DNA from: the human T2T-CHM13v2.0 reference genome, Homo sapiens | Strand: one strand, 5' to 3' | DNA: 64,000 nt | Assembly: GCF_009914755.1 (NCBI RefSeq) | Contig: NC_060928.1 | Notes under the pieces: generated by a model | Database searches by the model: none | What the model was told of the DNA's origin: nothing | The model's input: only the letters and a program-made list of their open reading frames with translations | Shown: in pieces, positions 14,380 to 31,040 of the stretch | Layout: every line of letters begins with the position of its first letter | How positions within the stretch are numbered: position 1 is the stretch's first letter | Position numbers and translations under genes: made by a program

Positions 14380-17297
14380 TTAAATGAATGAAGGTAGAAA
14401 TTACAGCTTTTCTGAGACTGTTTTCAAGTCTTTGGCTATGTGCATAAGAGCAGTTACCACATTACAAAGGCTCTCCAGAGAGTTGGGTGGGATAATGGGT
14501 ATCAGAGGTCTTTGTAAATTTAACATTTGTAGCCAAATTTTGCAAGGACACAAATTTGGCCTGAGAAAGGAGGAAGAGGCTCCGGCATACTGGAGTCCTT
14601 GCCCATGCCAGGTGTCTTTTCTGCATGGCAGGGTCCCAGGACCTGGGGCAGCAGTCTGATTCCAGCTCCCCATCTGAACTCTATCTCAGCCCAGCCCAGA
14701 CTCCTTGCAATGTCTTACTTCCAGTTGTTGCTAAAAATCTGATACATTTTATTTTATGACAGCACCAAACTCATTGGTCTTCCCTATCTTGATAAATAGC
14801 AACTCAATTTTTCCCATCACTCAGGCCAAAACTTGGAGTCATTCCCAACATCTCTCTCTATATCACTCCTCACATCCAATTGATCAGTAAATCCTTCTAA
14901 CTATATCCAGCATCCAGCTTATCACACTTCTATCACTACCATGCTATCCAAGCAGTCCCCCCACCCCACCCCCAACCAAACATGTCACCTGGTACACCAA
15001 CATGATTTCTCTCTAAAGAGAAATCTCTTTTCAACAAGCCATTTGCCTGGATCTAACATCAAAGTCTGAATACAATTTCTGACCCTGCCACCAGTATCAT
15101 TTTGCAACATTTTCCACAGACTATATAATCTAATATTATATGATGAGTAGGCGTGATGCAGGCCTGGTGGCACCACACTGCAGCCATGTCATAACGACAA
15201 GTCTATGAGCATATTTGTCTCCTGCGTCACAAGACCCAGGCCTGACTAGGGTCTACCATGACAAGCAACACTTGGAACTACTAACCTGTATGTGACAGGA
15301 AGGGGGAACACCATCAAACGCTGAAGTTTATAAAACAGAAAAAGTGAGTATACATGATCCTCTATGATATCACACCATTGAATTAACCTATCCTGAAACT
15401 GCCAGACTTCTTGTGTCAGATAATTAAACTCTTATTGCTTAAACCACTTATTAGTTTTTCTGTTGCAGCCAAAAACATCCTTCATCCTTATCAACACATC
15501 TGCTATTGGTAAGTGTTCATTAAATGAACAGCTAAAACTAGAAAGGATTATGGCAATTTTTAAAAAATCAAATACAGTTAGTCAGTTAAAATACAATAAT
15601 AAAACTATTCCAGAAACACAATAGAGAAATAGGATACATGATGCTACTAAAATCTCAGATTAGATAGTCATTAATATTAAATCTAAAGTTCCTGACTCCA
15701 GAGGGAAAAAAGAAGAATACCAACATTTTAGGAGAGAAAAACGTTTTCCTGATACTAATCCTATGTGAAATCTACCATGAGAAGATAAGGGATATAGAAT
15801 AACATTATAGAGGCAATGTTTCTATGGCAAAGATTGTTCATGCTCGCCAAATATCCAAGTGTTCCATATCCCAGACCCCATGAATCCCAGTGGGATCATG
15901 TCACTAATTCTTAACAATGGAATGTGAGCTAAAGTGATGTATCATTTGTGATCCAGGAAGGATGCACTTCTCCACACCTTCTGGATCTCCTGTCCATACA
16001 GCTGGAAACAAAATGCTCTCAAGATGACAGTTTCCAAATAAAAGCAACTTGGATCCCTGAGCTGTCACTTGATGGAAAGCCAAGCAGGAGACCAACCCAA
16101 TCTACATCAGATTGTGATACTAAAAAGAAATAAATCTTGTTGTGTTAAGCCACTGAGATTTTCGGGTTTATCTGTTCCACTGAATAGCTCAGCTTAGCCT
16201 GGCTACTACAGTATCCAACAATAACTTTACACTCTACTTAAGATTTTTAGAATCAAGAATGCCATTTGGAAGAGACAGATGGTTGAGGTTTAATTCTTCT
16301 AAGTTGAACACATCCTTCCTTTTCATAACAATCCTAGTTCCTCTTCCAAACACAACGCAGAAATGCACACCATGATTTGGTATCTTCTTGAGTCCAGTAA
16401 TTATCCTATCTCTCTAAGAGCTGTCCTTTCTCAGGGAACTCTTGTTCACATCCGTTCTGTTTCATCCTTTCAATGCAGCATTTAAGAAGCTGAAAACAGA
16501 GAAAGAAGACAAGGATAAGTTTAAAACACCAACTTAGTGATGGTAAGAAAAAGAACATCACTGAAAGGTTATATATATATTGGGAGAGTCCTCTTTTTTC
16601 AGCACTAAAAATCATATCAATTGTATCATTTCAAATGCTCTGGAATTCAGTAATCCATTACTATAAAGAGTGTGCCAAACCAAAAATATCTGAGATCTCC
16701 AAATGAGCACTTTCTTGACTAGAAAAATCCTGGGCACCTACATCATCTCAAATGTATAAAAATAAACTGTGAAAGAGTAAAACGCTGGGGGAGGAAGGCA
16801 AATACTTGTATTTTATCATTTCAGGTGCCAATCTGTAGATTTTTCTACCTCTGCCTTTCTGAGTATAATGCATGGACTGATCCGAGTTTCCCTGAGCTGC
16901 TCCAGCACTCAACCTGGGGAGGTTTCACACTGAGTCATCCTTCCTATTAGGCTGCTTAGGGAGGGAATGACTGGGATTCCCAATGTAATCCGAGCACCCT
17001 TTACTGCCACTTATACCCAAGATGCTATATCCCAAAATGATAACTAATTTCCTGTGTGGACCCTGAATCTCTCCCCCTACCCTAAGTTTTTATCATTAAG
17101 TTCCTGCTTTTGACTTTATAGGATCTATTCTTTGGTCCCTATTTCAAGCTATTGTTCCTAAGATTATTCTTACTAGTCCTGCCCCCACTCCAAAATACCC
17201 TGGTCCCTAAAGTTGGTGCCTATGACCAAGTATGTTTAACAATACTGAGTATTTGTCATATATCAATAATAAATACATGATGTCTTATCATTTAAGG

Positions 17298-17833
17298 TAG
17301 GGGTCACCAACCCCCAGGCCACAGACCAGTACCAGTCCATGGCCTGTTAGGAATTGGGCTGCTCAGCAGGAGGTGAGTGGCAGGTGAGTGAGCAAAGCTT
17401 CATCTGTATTTACAGCTGTTCCCCATGGCTCCCATTACTGCCTGAGCTCCGCCTCCTGTCAGATCAGCAGCAGCATTTGATTCTCATAGGAGCACAAGCC
17501 TTATTGTGAACTGTGCCTGTGAGGAATCTAGGTTGCACACTCCTTATGAGAATCTAATACCTGATGATCTGTCACTGTCTCCCATCACCACCAGATGGGA
17601 CCGTCTAGTTACAGGAAACAAGCTCAGGGCTCCTACTGATTCTACATTATGGTGAGTGGTATAATTACATCATTTTATATTACAATGTAATAATAATAGA
17701 AATAAAGTGCACAATAAATGTAATGCACTTGAATCATCCCAAAACCATGTCCCTGCACCCCACCTCCCCAGTCCATGGAAAAATTGTCTTCCACAAAACT
17801 GGTCTCTGGTGCCAAAAACGTTAGGGACCACTG
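17298..17833 (+). mobile_element. MER1A (hAT-Charlie) DNA transposon
   Basis: Ends taggggtcaccaacc / gttagggaccactg; perfect 8-bp TSD ATTTAAGG at 17290-17297 and 17834-17841. Confidence 0.9.
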
Positions 17834-18295
17834 ATTTAAGGAATCAAAGAAAAATTATTTCTAAAAGTTAAAAAACTTTTTTTAAAAGATTGAAGCCACA
17901 AAGTATAAAGTCAGTTTATTTTAAAGGATATTCTAGACATAATGATCAGGCCATAAGTGAACTGGTTTTCCTACAGAATCTTTAAATTGTCACAACCACA
18001 CATTAAGGTAGGTACTATCATATTAGCCCTACTCTGTAAAAGAGGAAACCGAAAACTAAAGAAGTTAGGTAACTTGTCCAGAGTTTCCAGGCTAGGAAGT
18101 GGCAGAGTCACTGCTGTCTGATACTATTTAATTTAGGGAATCAAATGTTCCAAGTTATAATGGGTTTCAATAAATTATTGTATTGTCCAGAGGCAAGCCA
18201 ATGAAAGTGCTTAATGGGTTGACAGAGCACAGGATGTTCCTGTACTATCTAGAGCCTCCCAGGATTAGGGGGTGGAACGGCACCTGCTCGAGAGA

Positions 18296-18298
<3 letters not shown>

Positions 18299-18348
<50 letters not shown>
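18299..18348. repeat. (GT)25 microsatellite
   Basis: Perfect dinucleotide run. Confidence 0.98.
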
Positions 18349-18351
<3 letters not shown>

Positions 18352-19134
18352 ATGGCGGAAGCGGAGAAGAAGGTCCAGCCAGGAAGGCGTTATCCATGTC
18401 AGTGCATAAATGAGCAGATAGGATACAAAAGCAGAACCTAAAGGTAATTTTTCCATCAGTAAATCAAGAAGGACAGATCTACACTTCAGAACTTTTGTCG
18501 TCAGCCAAAAGTTTAGGGAAGCTAATCTAAGAGCTGAGGACATGCACAAAGGAATCGTACCTATGTGATGCCTGGACTGCTAGGACTGGGGTTGGGAGAA
18601 GAGGGTCAGAAGGGCTTTTTAAAGGAGTTTCCTCAGCTGCTGACCATTCTCAGTGCTGGACAGATCCAGCCTCCCTTCCCATATTCCCATACTCTCCCTC
18701 CAGAATCAGAGTTAAATCAATCTGATCTCTGGAAGGTTCATTATTATTTTAAAACTACACTGTGGTGTCTTCAGAATAAGGGGGAAAGTGGAGGTTCCAG
18801 TTCTTTGCACAGGTAGGAAAAGAGAGGAAGATCTAAACTAAAATACTCTATTTGGTCCAAGATAAATATACTCACACACTCATTTACTTAAGCAATATGT
18901 GATGTTATAAACTAGATTGAACATCAATTCTCAAATCATGCATTGGATAAGAGCACCCTCATCAGGCCACAACTAATTTATTGAGTTATAGTAACTGTGC
19001 TAAACTATCATTTGGCTTCCAAAACGAGAAAGTGATGCAATAATAAGCAAAAATTGCAGAGGCATATGCCAACTGTCTCAAAATTGTCCCCCAAAGTCAT
19101 CTTACCCAATTAATAAAGGCAATTGCTAGACAGT

Positions 19135-19380
19135 GTCAGGTGTATTCATAGGGAAAAGAACATTAAGGTCAAAATGTTTTTGTTGAAGTTCTACCACTAA
19201 CTGTGTGACCTTCACAAGTTGATGAACCTCTGTTAGCCTCTATTTACTCATCTCTAAAATGCGCATGACCTTACTAAGTCTGCCTCACTAGGATCAAATA
19301 AGATACATTTCAAAGTCCTATGAAGTAAAATATAAAGCACTTAATAAAACAATTATAAATTCAGGTATTATCAGTATTAT
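19135..19380 (+). mobile_element. MIR
   Basis: ccactaactgtgtgaccttcacaagtt...ctcatctctaaaatg. Confidence 0.65.
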
Positions 19381-20289
19381 TTTTACTGAATATGATATAG
19401 CATAAAGAATCACCTCATTTTGTTCACATCACAAAAATAACACGACAAAAAAAGACATTTGTTATTTCTGTGTTATAGGTATCCACATTCTTTAAAAGGT
19501 GAATAACGTAATTACAAAAAAAAAAAAAAGCACTGGCTGTGCAGAGGATCTTATAAAGATGTGCAGTTCAGACTCATGTCTTAAATGATTTACTTTTTAA
19601 CTCCTTGTCACGGCTCTGAATCATTTAAATTGGAGAAGAGTATCAACAAAGATTCATTTAAGTACCACAGGTAGGGCACTGTGCTAGGCTTTCAAAGAAA
19701 TACACTAATTTTGTATGTAGATCTTAGATCCTTGGAGACACCTCAAGAAGTCATCTACTATACAGAGTAAGTTTCCCTTACAGATCCTGTCTCAGAGAAA
19801 GATCTCAAAGGATAAAATATGTTAATCACGGTGACCCCTAGAAAGTGTAGTTAAAGGTAGAACCTTCATGTCTGTATTGTTAGAAAGTTTTAAATAATAA
19901 ATACATGGTGTTTTGACATTTAAGGAATCAAACAAAAATGACTTGTAATGCTAATAGACATATTTTAAAGAATGAAGCCAGAAAGTATAAAGTCAAAGGC
20001 TTAGGTTCCAAGAACATTCTGGAGATAATCATGTGCAGCCTGAAGCAAGTCTTCAGACTCCTGCACTTGCATTTCACCTCTAAGAAATTTGCAAAACTAG
20101 TGAGCTTGCCATTATGACTTTAGTGCTCTTCTGCATAGTTTTAAGTGAAACATCTAAATTTTTATTATAAACATAATTAGTTTAAAAGGATAATTTTTGG
20201 CGTGCTGTATTGGTGTCTTAACATGTGTACAATCGAATCTAAATATAGCAATTTGAGACTCATTATCACTCATTAAAAAACAAGCTCTT

Positions 20290-20890
<601 letters not shown>

Positions 20891-21184
20891 CCTCTTCTTT
20901 AAAAGATGAAAATTCTTCATTTTTCTCCTTTAACTCTGAACCACTTAGGGTTCAGTACAAGAAACAGAAACCACTCAAGGCATTTTAAGCAAAAAGAGAT
21001 TTAATATAGAGAATTGGGTTTTTACAAAATCACAGAGCGAGCTCTAGGCTTCCAAAAGTCCAGCATAGGTAAATGCACAGAGACAGAAAGTAGGTAAGTG
21101 GTTGCCTAGGGATGGGGGCAGAGGATGGGACATAGGGGTTATGAGTGTGATGGGGGAGATGAGGAGTGACTGCTAAAAGAGTAC

Positions 21185-21336
21185 ATAGTTTATTGGAACA
21201 TAGGCCTGTTCATTCATTTATGTATTGCCTATGGCCGCATTCACATTGCAATGGGAGACCTGAGTAATTACAACAGAGGCTGTATGACCCTCAAAGCCTA
21301 AAGTATGTACTATTTTGTCCTTTAAGAAAAAGTTTG
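21185..21336. mobile_element. MER58A-like DNA transposon whose terminus (ccaacccc, about 22071-22080) is displaced by L1 and Alu insertions
   Basis: tttattggaaca...cattcatttatgtattgcctatgg...aagcctaaagtatgtactattttgtcctttaagaaaaagtttg. Confidence 0.75.
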
Positions 21337-22083
<747 letters not shown>

Positions 22084-23084
22084 TTATTCAAAGATGCAGC
22101 GTTGAACTGTCAGGAATAAATATGTAAACTTTCACCTTCTCTTCCTTGAAATAAACCTAAAGGAGCACCCAGGACACAGAATGAGATGCTGGGAAAGCAA
22201 GTCCTCACCAAGCTGTTTCTCACTAAGAACTGTAAAAATTCAGAATGGTCCACCTTGTAAATTGGTATTTCCCAGTGTGCTTCTTGCTTCTTGCTTTAAA
22301 TATTCTAATCTATGATAGATAAACAATAGTTTTATTTTCAAATGGCAATATTTATATGTGCCAGAAATTACATCCTTTGCAACTATTTAAACTTATGATG
22401 ATTAATTTTAGATGTCAACTCTAAAATGTATGTGGAATACATAGCTATTTTTGTGTTTGTTTTTTTCAAAATGCTTGAAGAGAGCATGCAAGCAAAAATG
22501 TTGAAAGATCACTGGCTGAAAGAAGAAAGTCCATCTTTGATTTTGGCAAGAGTTTCAGGTGAATGTATAACCTCCCTCCACCCCAACTAGAATTGCCCTA
22601 ATGATTAGCTTTTTTTGTAATTTATTAAGGTACCTGGTGTCTTTGTTCATTTGCTGTATCACCTTATAGAAGTTTGCAGAAGTAAAGCTCTACATACAAG
22701 CTATTTGGGTATGGACACACATGTGAAAAGGAAACTAACATCTACTGAGCATCTGCCACTTGCCAGACCCTCTACATAAATTCTCTTATTAATTCCTCAC
22801 AATTTTACTTTGAGGTACATGTTATTATTATGTTAATCTCATGTTATAGCCTAAAAAAGATACTAAGTGATTTCAGGTAATATACTCAAAACCATATAAC
22901 TAGTAAACAACAGAACTAGCATAGAAACCCAAGACTGACACTAAAGCCCATGTATCTTCCATTCTCTGCTCCGCCTAATTCAACTTTCTGATTCCTCAGT
23001 TCTACATAGACATGTATCTGAGTCCATGACAAGCAAGTACTCTGGAACCTATGATGGTACTACTTAGTCCCTAACAGTCCCTGA

Positions 23085-23546
<462 letters not shown>

Positions 23547-24129
23547 AAGTTCCCCTATAATCATTGTTTGGAAAAATATTCAAAACACCTAAGTACCAGT
23601 AGGTGACTGGCACCAGCCAGTCCAAACAAAACCCAGTCTAAAGATGGGGACAGGGCCACCTGTGTTTACCAGTTGACTATCAACCCTGCCTAAAAGCATA
23701 GCATCTTCCAAAAAGCTGAAAAGGATGAACTTGCCCAACCATCTCATTGTTTTCAGATAAGGATGCTAAGGACTCAGAGATTAATGCCCTACTAAATGTC
23801 ACACCATCAGTGGCTGGCTAGGCCAAAATAGAATCTCCTGTATTTTGATGATTGATTGATAAGTTGGTGAATTAGTGACACACTCTGCCTTCTTTCTTTT
23901 AGAATCTAAAAGAACTACAGATGGCTTCTTAAACACAATCTACAGTGCTGGAGCATGGGCAATTGAAAGTTCAGAATAGATCCATGAATACCTGTTAAAT
24001 GGTTCCAGTCCTGATATCTGTCCCACTTTTCTTCACTTCGTACCTCATCATCCACTGTTTGCATTCTACCAGTGGAGAACAGTGCATGTAAAACTATACT
24101 CAAATCACCTGGGAGATTCTCCTTGTTAA

Positions 24130-24483
<354 letters not shown>

Positions 24484-25339
24484 TAGGAAGGACTTACATA
24501 ACATTGTAAGAGTAGTGTTATATACAAGAACTTTTCTAATTTTAATAGGAGAAAGAAAAGATTAAATGGTGCTAAGGAATACCCAAATTAAGACAATCTC
24601 TAAAATCTGTATTTCTGAGCACCGAACTCTAACCAGTAAGCAAGTAGCTGCATTTGATGTGTTGGGAAATAGAATTATCACTACTCCTTAAAAAAAATTA
24701 AAAACATTTAAAACTTATTATATAAACACACCTACCCTGGATTATACTATCTTTTATACTTTAATAAAAGTAATAATGCTGATTAGAATACCTATTTAAA
24801 ACATGTGCTGCATTTTTCTCCTGGCTAAGAATTCATAACATTCTATTTCTCTTGTACTTGGCTCATTACTCTTCACACTACTTCCTGAAAACAATTCTAC
24901 CACCAAGTGGACAATACAAAAATTAGCTTACATGATGTTCAACTTTCTCCATTTCTATTCTCCAACTTCACAGGTTAGCAAAGCGTTCTTGATTTGGCCT
25001 AGTTAATAGAGCCCCAGCAAGACTCACTATTTGAAGACTGATAGCCTCAAAAGATAAGCCAGATTTAAAAATCATTTTCCAGTACCATTTAAACCATGGT
25101 ATCTAACACTGCTGATAAAGATGTGTAACAGTAGATAAATATTTCCTCCATGGACACCAATGACTAGAATACAACACTGAAGCAGTTTTCTGACATATGA
25201 ACTCACGGCATGTGTTAATTCACAGCCACAGACCTTGGATAATGAAAGCCACATGATGTTCACTGCTTTTATCTTGGGTTTTTAAAATTCTACACCTAAT
25301 TCAAAAACAGAAACAAGCAACATTACAGAGAATAACACA

Positions 25340-25760
25340 GTGAGAACACCAGTGCCCTTCCACTATGGAGAGTGTGTTTGCCCCACCCCTTGACTCTAGC
25401 TCAGTCACATAATTTATTTTGGCCAATAGGATGTTAGCAGACATGACATCAGCACACACTTGGAAAGAGCTTGCTGATTGAGCTTATTTGGTCTTGCATC
25501 TCTGTTATCACCATGAGAACATGCCCTGCATAGTCTTCTGGAGGACGACAGGCACATGGAACAAAACTATGCTGCCCCAGTAGCCCCAGCCAACAGCCAA
25601 CTGACCCCCACATATGTAGGCAAACCCAGGCAAGATCAGATGAGCTGCTTAATTGACCCTCCACTGAACTCAGGCACTTGAGCAATAAACTTATTTTTTA
25701 TGCACTAAGGCTTTCTGATTGTTTGTTATGCGGTATCACTGTGGCAACAGATAGCTGATA
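25340..25760 (+). mobile_element. Old MLT1 LTR
   Basis: tttggccaataggatgttagcagacatgac...aataaac...tgtttgttatgcggtatcactgtggcaacagatagctgataca. Confidence 0.7.
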
Positions 25761-26557
25761 CAAGGTTAGATACAATGTTTCATTGGTGAAATGAGTGATG
25801 TTCTTAATGTGTAGTTAGCTTAATAAATTGTGCAGTCACTTCTGCCCTTTGATGTAAGAATCAGCCAAGACTAGCAGCTTAACATCTTTAGAATTGACTC
25901 TAGAAATAGAAGTGCATTCAATGCTATGATTCCCCCTACCTACATCAAAACAAAGAATTTGATTGCCTCACCCAACTGGAAGGCTAGCTGATCCTGCTGC
26001 TTTCACAATATTTTTGCATTGGCCTTAGATTGAATCTTTCATGCAAGCATCTTGCTCAGAAACCTGAAAGGAGAGAGAATGAGGACTTCACTGTGCTTAT
26101 ATGAACTGGCTATATAATTGTTTTTGTGCTTGCGGAACAATAGATCCTTGTACCTGAGGCAAAATTTGATTCAAAGCTTGCTTCTATCAAAAAATAGCTC
26201 TAGGTAGCAAGGTTGTAGCAAAGGAGATACAGCTTCCACCCACCTCTAATGATCACAGGTACCAACATTTACTGAGAGAATCTGTCTGTTGACAATAGCC
26301 AGATTGGCTTATGTCAGTTTGCAAAACAGAATAATTCCACATCTGGCACAACAGGAATTATATCTTATTAATGGTAGGACCTTGCAAATGCTGAATTTGT
26401 TGAAATAGAGTTTATTGAATCCATATGAACTGCTTTAATTTTAAAGATAAGGAAGTGAAACCTAAGAAGGTTAAGGGAAATTCTCAAACTCACATCAGAA
26501 ACTTAGTAGCAGATTTAGGTCTCAAATCCAGTTTCCCAAGTACATAAATAGTTATTT

Positions 26558-26857
26558 GGCCAGGTGCGGTGGCTTGCACCTGTAATCCCAGCACTTTGGG
26601 AGGCTGAAGCGTGAGGATTGCTGGAGGCCAGGAGTTCAAGACTAGCCTGGACAACATAGCTAGATCCCATCTCTACTAAAAATTTAAAAATTAGCCAGGT
26701 GTGGTGATACACGCCTATAGTCCCAGCTATTTAGGAAGCTGAGGTGGGAGGATCGTTTGAGCCCAGGAGTTCAAGGCTGCAGTGAACTATGATCACATCA
26801 TTGCACTCCAGCCTAAGCAATAGAATGAGACCATATCTCTAAAGATAATAATAATAA
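26558..26857 (+). mobile_element. AluJ
   Basis: Dimeric Alu. Confidence 0.88.
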
Positions 26858-26923
26858 TTCTTATTTTTCTTATTTGACTTCCTATTAGTTACTTTTTCAC
26901 TCAATTTTGTTGGTCTTTTCTAA

Positions 26924-27256
<333 letters not shown>

Positions 27257-27349
27257 TTTGTTGATTTTCTTTACTGTTTTTCTATTCTCTATTTCATTAT
27301 TGCCAGTCTAATTTTTTTCTTTCTGTTTATGTTGGGTTTCATTTGTTCT

Positions 27350-27647
27350 TTTCCTTTTTTTGGAAACAGAGTCTCACTCTGTCACCCAGGCTGGAGTGCA
27401 GTGGTATGATCTTGGCTCTCTGCAACCTCCGCCTCCCTCCTAGGTTCAAGCAATTCTCCTGCCTCAGCCTCCCAAGGAGCTGAGATTACAGGTACGTGCC
27501 ACCACATTTGGCTAATTTTTGTATTTTTAGTTGAGAAGGGGTTTTACCATGTTGGCCAGGCTGGTCTGGAACTCCTGACCTCAAGTAATCCACCCACCTC
27601 AGCCTCCGAAAGTGCTGGGATTACACGTGTGAGCCACCACACCCGGC
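27350..27647 (-). mobile_element. AluS
   Basis: Reverse dimeric Alu. Confidence 0.9.
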
Positions 27648-27702
27648 TTTGTTCTTCTTTTTCTACTTTAAGATGGAAGATGAGATTGTAGATTTGATAT
27701 CT

Positions 27703-30700
27703 TAAAAAAAAAAAACAGCTTTACTGAGCTATAACTTACATACCATACAATTCACCCATTTAGAGTATACAACTCAATGATTTTTAGTTCAAAGATTTAA
27801 TTCACAGATATGTGCAACCATCGCCAATTTTAGAACAGTTCATCACCTCAAAAAAGGTGATACGTCTTTTAGTTATAACCCTCCCTCTGGGCTGCTATCT
27901 CTCCTGCAGCCCAAAGCAAACACTATTCTGCCTTCTGTCTTCATCTATTTCCCTATTCTGGACTTTCTTATAAATAGAATCATGTAATACATAGACTTTT
28001 GTGTCTGGCTTCTTTCACTTAGTGTATTTTCAAGGTTTACCCAAGTTGTAGCATTTATCTGTACCTTATTTCTTTTTATGGTTTAAAAATGTTCCATTAT
28101 AGTATGCATCACATTTTATTTATCCATTTGTCAGCTGATAGACATTTGGGTTGTTTCTATCTTTCAGCTACTATGAATAATGCTGCTATAAAAATTCACA
28201 TACAAGAACACACAATCTTAAAATTTATATGGAACCACCAAGGACCCTGAATAGCCAAAGCACTCCTAAGCAAAAAGAACAAAGCTGGAGGCATCATACT
28301 ACCTGACTTCAAGATATGCTACAAAGCTATAATAATCAAAATGGCATGGTACTGGCATAAAAACAGACACATAGACCAATGGAATAGAACAGAGAGCCCA
28401 GAAATAAATCCAAATATTTACAGCCAACTGATTTTCAACAAAAGCACCAAGAACATACATTGGGGAAAGAATAGTCTCTTTAACAAATAGTGCTGAGAAA
28501 ACTAGATATCCAGATGCAGAGGAACGAAACCAAACCCCTATCTCTCACCATATACAAAAAGCAACTCAAAATGGATTAAAGACTTTAATGTAAGATCAAA
28601 ACTAAGAAACTACCAGAAGATAACAGGGAAAATGCTTCAGGACCTTCATCTGGGCAAAGATTTTATGGATAAGACCTCAAAAGTACAGACAACAAAAGCA
28701 AAAACAGATAAATGAAATTCTGTCAAACTAAAAAGCTTCTGCACAGAAAAGGAAACGATCAACAGAATGAACAGACCACCTGCAGAATGGGAGAAAATAT
28801 TTGCAAACTATTTATCCAACAAAGGATTAATATGCAGAATATACAAGGAATTCAAACAACTCAACATAATAATAATAATAATCTGATTTTTAAAGGAACT
28901 GAACATTTCTCAAAAGAAGACATACAAATGGTCAAGAAGTATATGAAAAAATGCTCAACATCACTTACCAGGGAAATGCAAATCAAAACCGCAGTGAGAT
29001 ATCATCTCACCCTAGTTAGAATGGCAATTATCAAAAAGACAAAAAATAGCAAATGTCAGAAAGGATATGGAGAAAAGGGAGTTCTTACACCCTGTTGGTG
29101 GGAACGTAAATTAGTATAGCTGTGATTACGTTAGTAAGTGAAATAAACCAGGCAAAAAAGATAAGTAACACATATTGTCACTCATATGGAATCTTAATTT
29201 TTTATTTTTTTTATTTTTCCTCATTTCCAATGGGGTTGGATGGAATCTTTAAAAAGTTCATATGGAAATAAGGAGTACAGTAGTGATTACTCAAGGCTGT
29301 AAATGTGGGAAGAGAGGGGAATAAGGAGAGATTGGTTAATGGATACAAAAGTATGGCAACATAGGAGGAATAAGTTTTAGTGTCCTATAGCACTATAGGG
29401 TGACTATAGTTCACAATATTTTATTGTTTATTTTCAAATAACTAGAAGAGAGGATTTTGAATGTTTCCAACACAAAGAAATAATAAATGTTTGAGGTGAT
29501 GGATATGCTAATTACCCTGATTTGATCATTGCACATATATTGTATACATGTATTGAAATCTCACACTGTACCCCATAAATATGTACAATTATTATGTGTC
29601 AACTAAAAATAATGTAAAATTTTATGTACAAGTTTTTATGTGGATATGTGTTTTCATTTCTCTTGGATGGAACTCCTGGGTCACATGGTAACTCTATGTT
29701 TAATCATCTGAGGAACTGCCAGCAGCTGCACCATTTTACATTCCCAATAGCAGTGTATAAAGGTTCTGATTTCTCCACAACCTCAGTGATACTTGTTATT
29801 ATCTGGCTTTTCGATTCAAGCCATCCTACTGGGTTTAAAGTGATATCTCAGAAAGATTTTGATTTGCATTTCTCTGATAACTAATAATGCTGAGCATCTT
29901 TTCATGTGTTTATTGGACATTTGTATATCTTCTTTGGAGAGATGACTATTTAGGTCCCATTTCTTAATTGAGTTACTTGTCTTTTATTACTGAGTTGTAA
30001 GAGTTCTTTATATATTCTAGGTACAAGTCCCTTATCAGATATATGATTTGCAAATATTTTCTCCCTTTCTGTGGGCTGCCTTTCACTTCCTTGTTGGTGT
30101 CCTTTGAAGCACAAACATTTTTAATTTTGATTAAGTCCAATTTATCTGTCTTTCCCTTTGTTACTTATGCTTTTGGTATCATATCTAAGACTGCTTTGCC
30201 AAATCCAAGGTCATGAAGATTTACCTACTGGCTGTGTTTTCTTCTAAGAGTCTTATAGTTGTAGCTATTACATTTAGGTCTTTCATCTATTTTGAGTTAG
30301 TTTTTTATACAGTGTAAACTTCATTCTTTTGTTTGTAACTATCCAGGTGTCCCAGCAACATTTGTTGGAGGGACTATTCTTTCCCCAGTGGATGGTTATG
30401 GCACCCTTGTCAAAAATCAGTGGACCATAAATGTAGGACCGATGTCTGTACTGTCGGTTCTACTCCATTAATCTACATGTCTATTCTTATGCCAGTACCA
30501 TGCTGTCTTGATAACCATTGCTTTGTAGTAGGTTTTGAAATTGGGAAGTGTGAGCTATTGTACTTTGTTCCTCCTTTTCATGATTGTTTTGGCTATTAAT
30601 ATCTCTTGACATGTGTTAGAATCAGCTTGACAGTTTCTATAAAGAAGTCAACTGGGATTCTAATAGGAATTGTATCATATCTGTAGATTAATTGGAGGCA

Positions 30701-31040
30701 TACTGTCATCTTAACAATGTTTAGTCTTCCAATCCATAAACATAGGATTTCTTCTATTTAGACCTTCTTTAATTCCTTTCAAACATATTTTCTAGTTTTC
30801 AGACTATAAGGTTTGTACTTCTTTTGTTAAATCTATTCCTATTCTTTTAATTATTTTTGATAACATCATAAATGGAATTTTTTTAATTTTATTTTTTGAT
30901 TGCTCATTGCAAGTGTCTAAAACTATAATTAATCTTTGTATATTGACCTTTGTGTGTTGATCTTGTATCCTGCAATCTTGCTGAAATAGTTTGCTAGTTC
31001 TAACAGATTTTTAGTGGATTCTTTAGGATTTTCTACTAAA
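27703..31040 (-). mobile_element. L1MB/L1MC-like 3' portion, nested in an older minus-strand L1 ORF2 (about 26860-27700 and 31090-32770)
   Basis: cagctttactgagctataacttacataccatacaattcacccattt 3' end; reverse ORF2 motifs to about 31040. Confidence 0.75.
28207..29615 (+). mobile_element. L1MA-like 3' portion inserted in the opposite orientation
   Basis: ORF2 fragments (HFSKEDIQM...KKCSTSL) and L1MA 3' end ccccataaatatgtacaattattatgtgtcaa; TSD-like aaaattcacatacaag / aaaattttatgtacaag. Confidence 0.85.
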
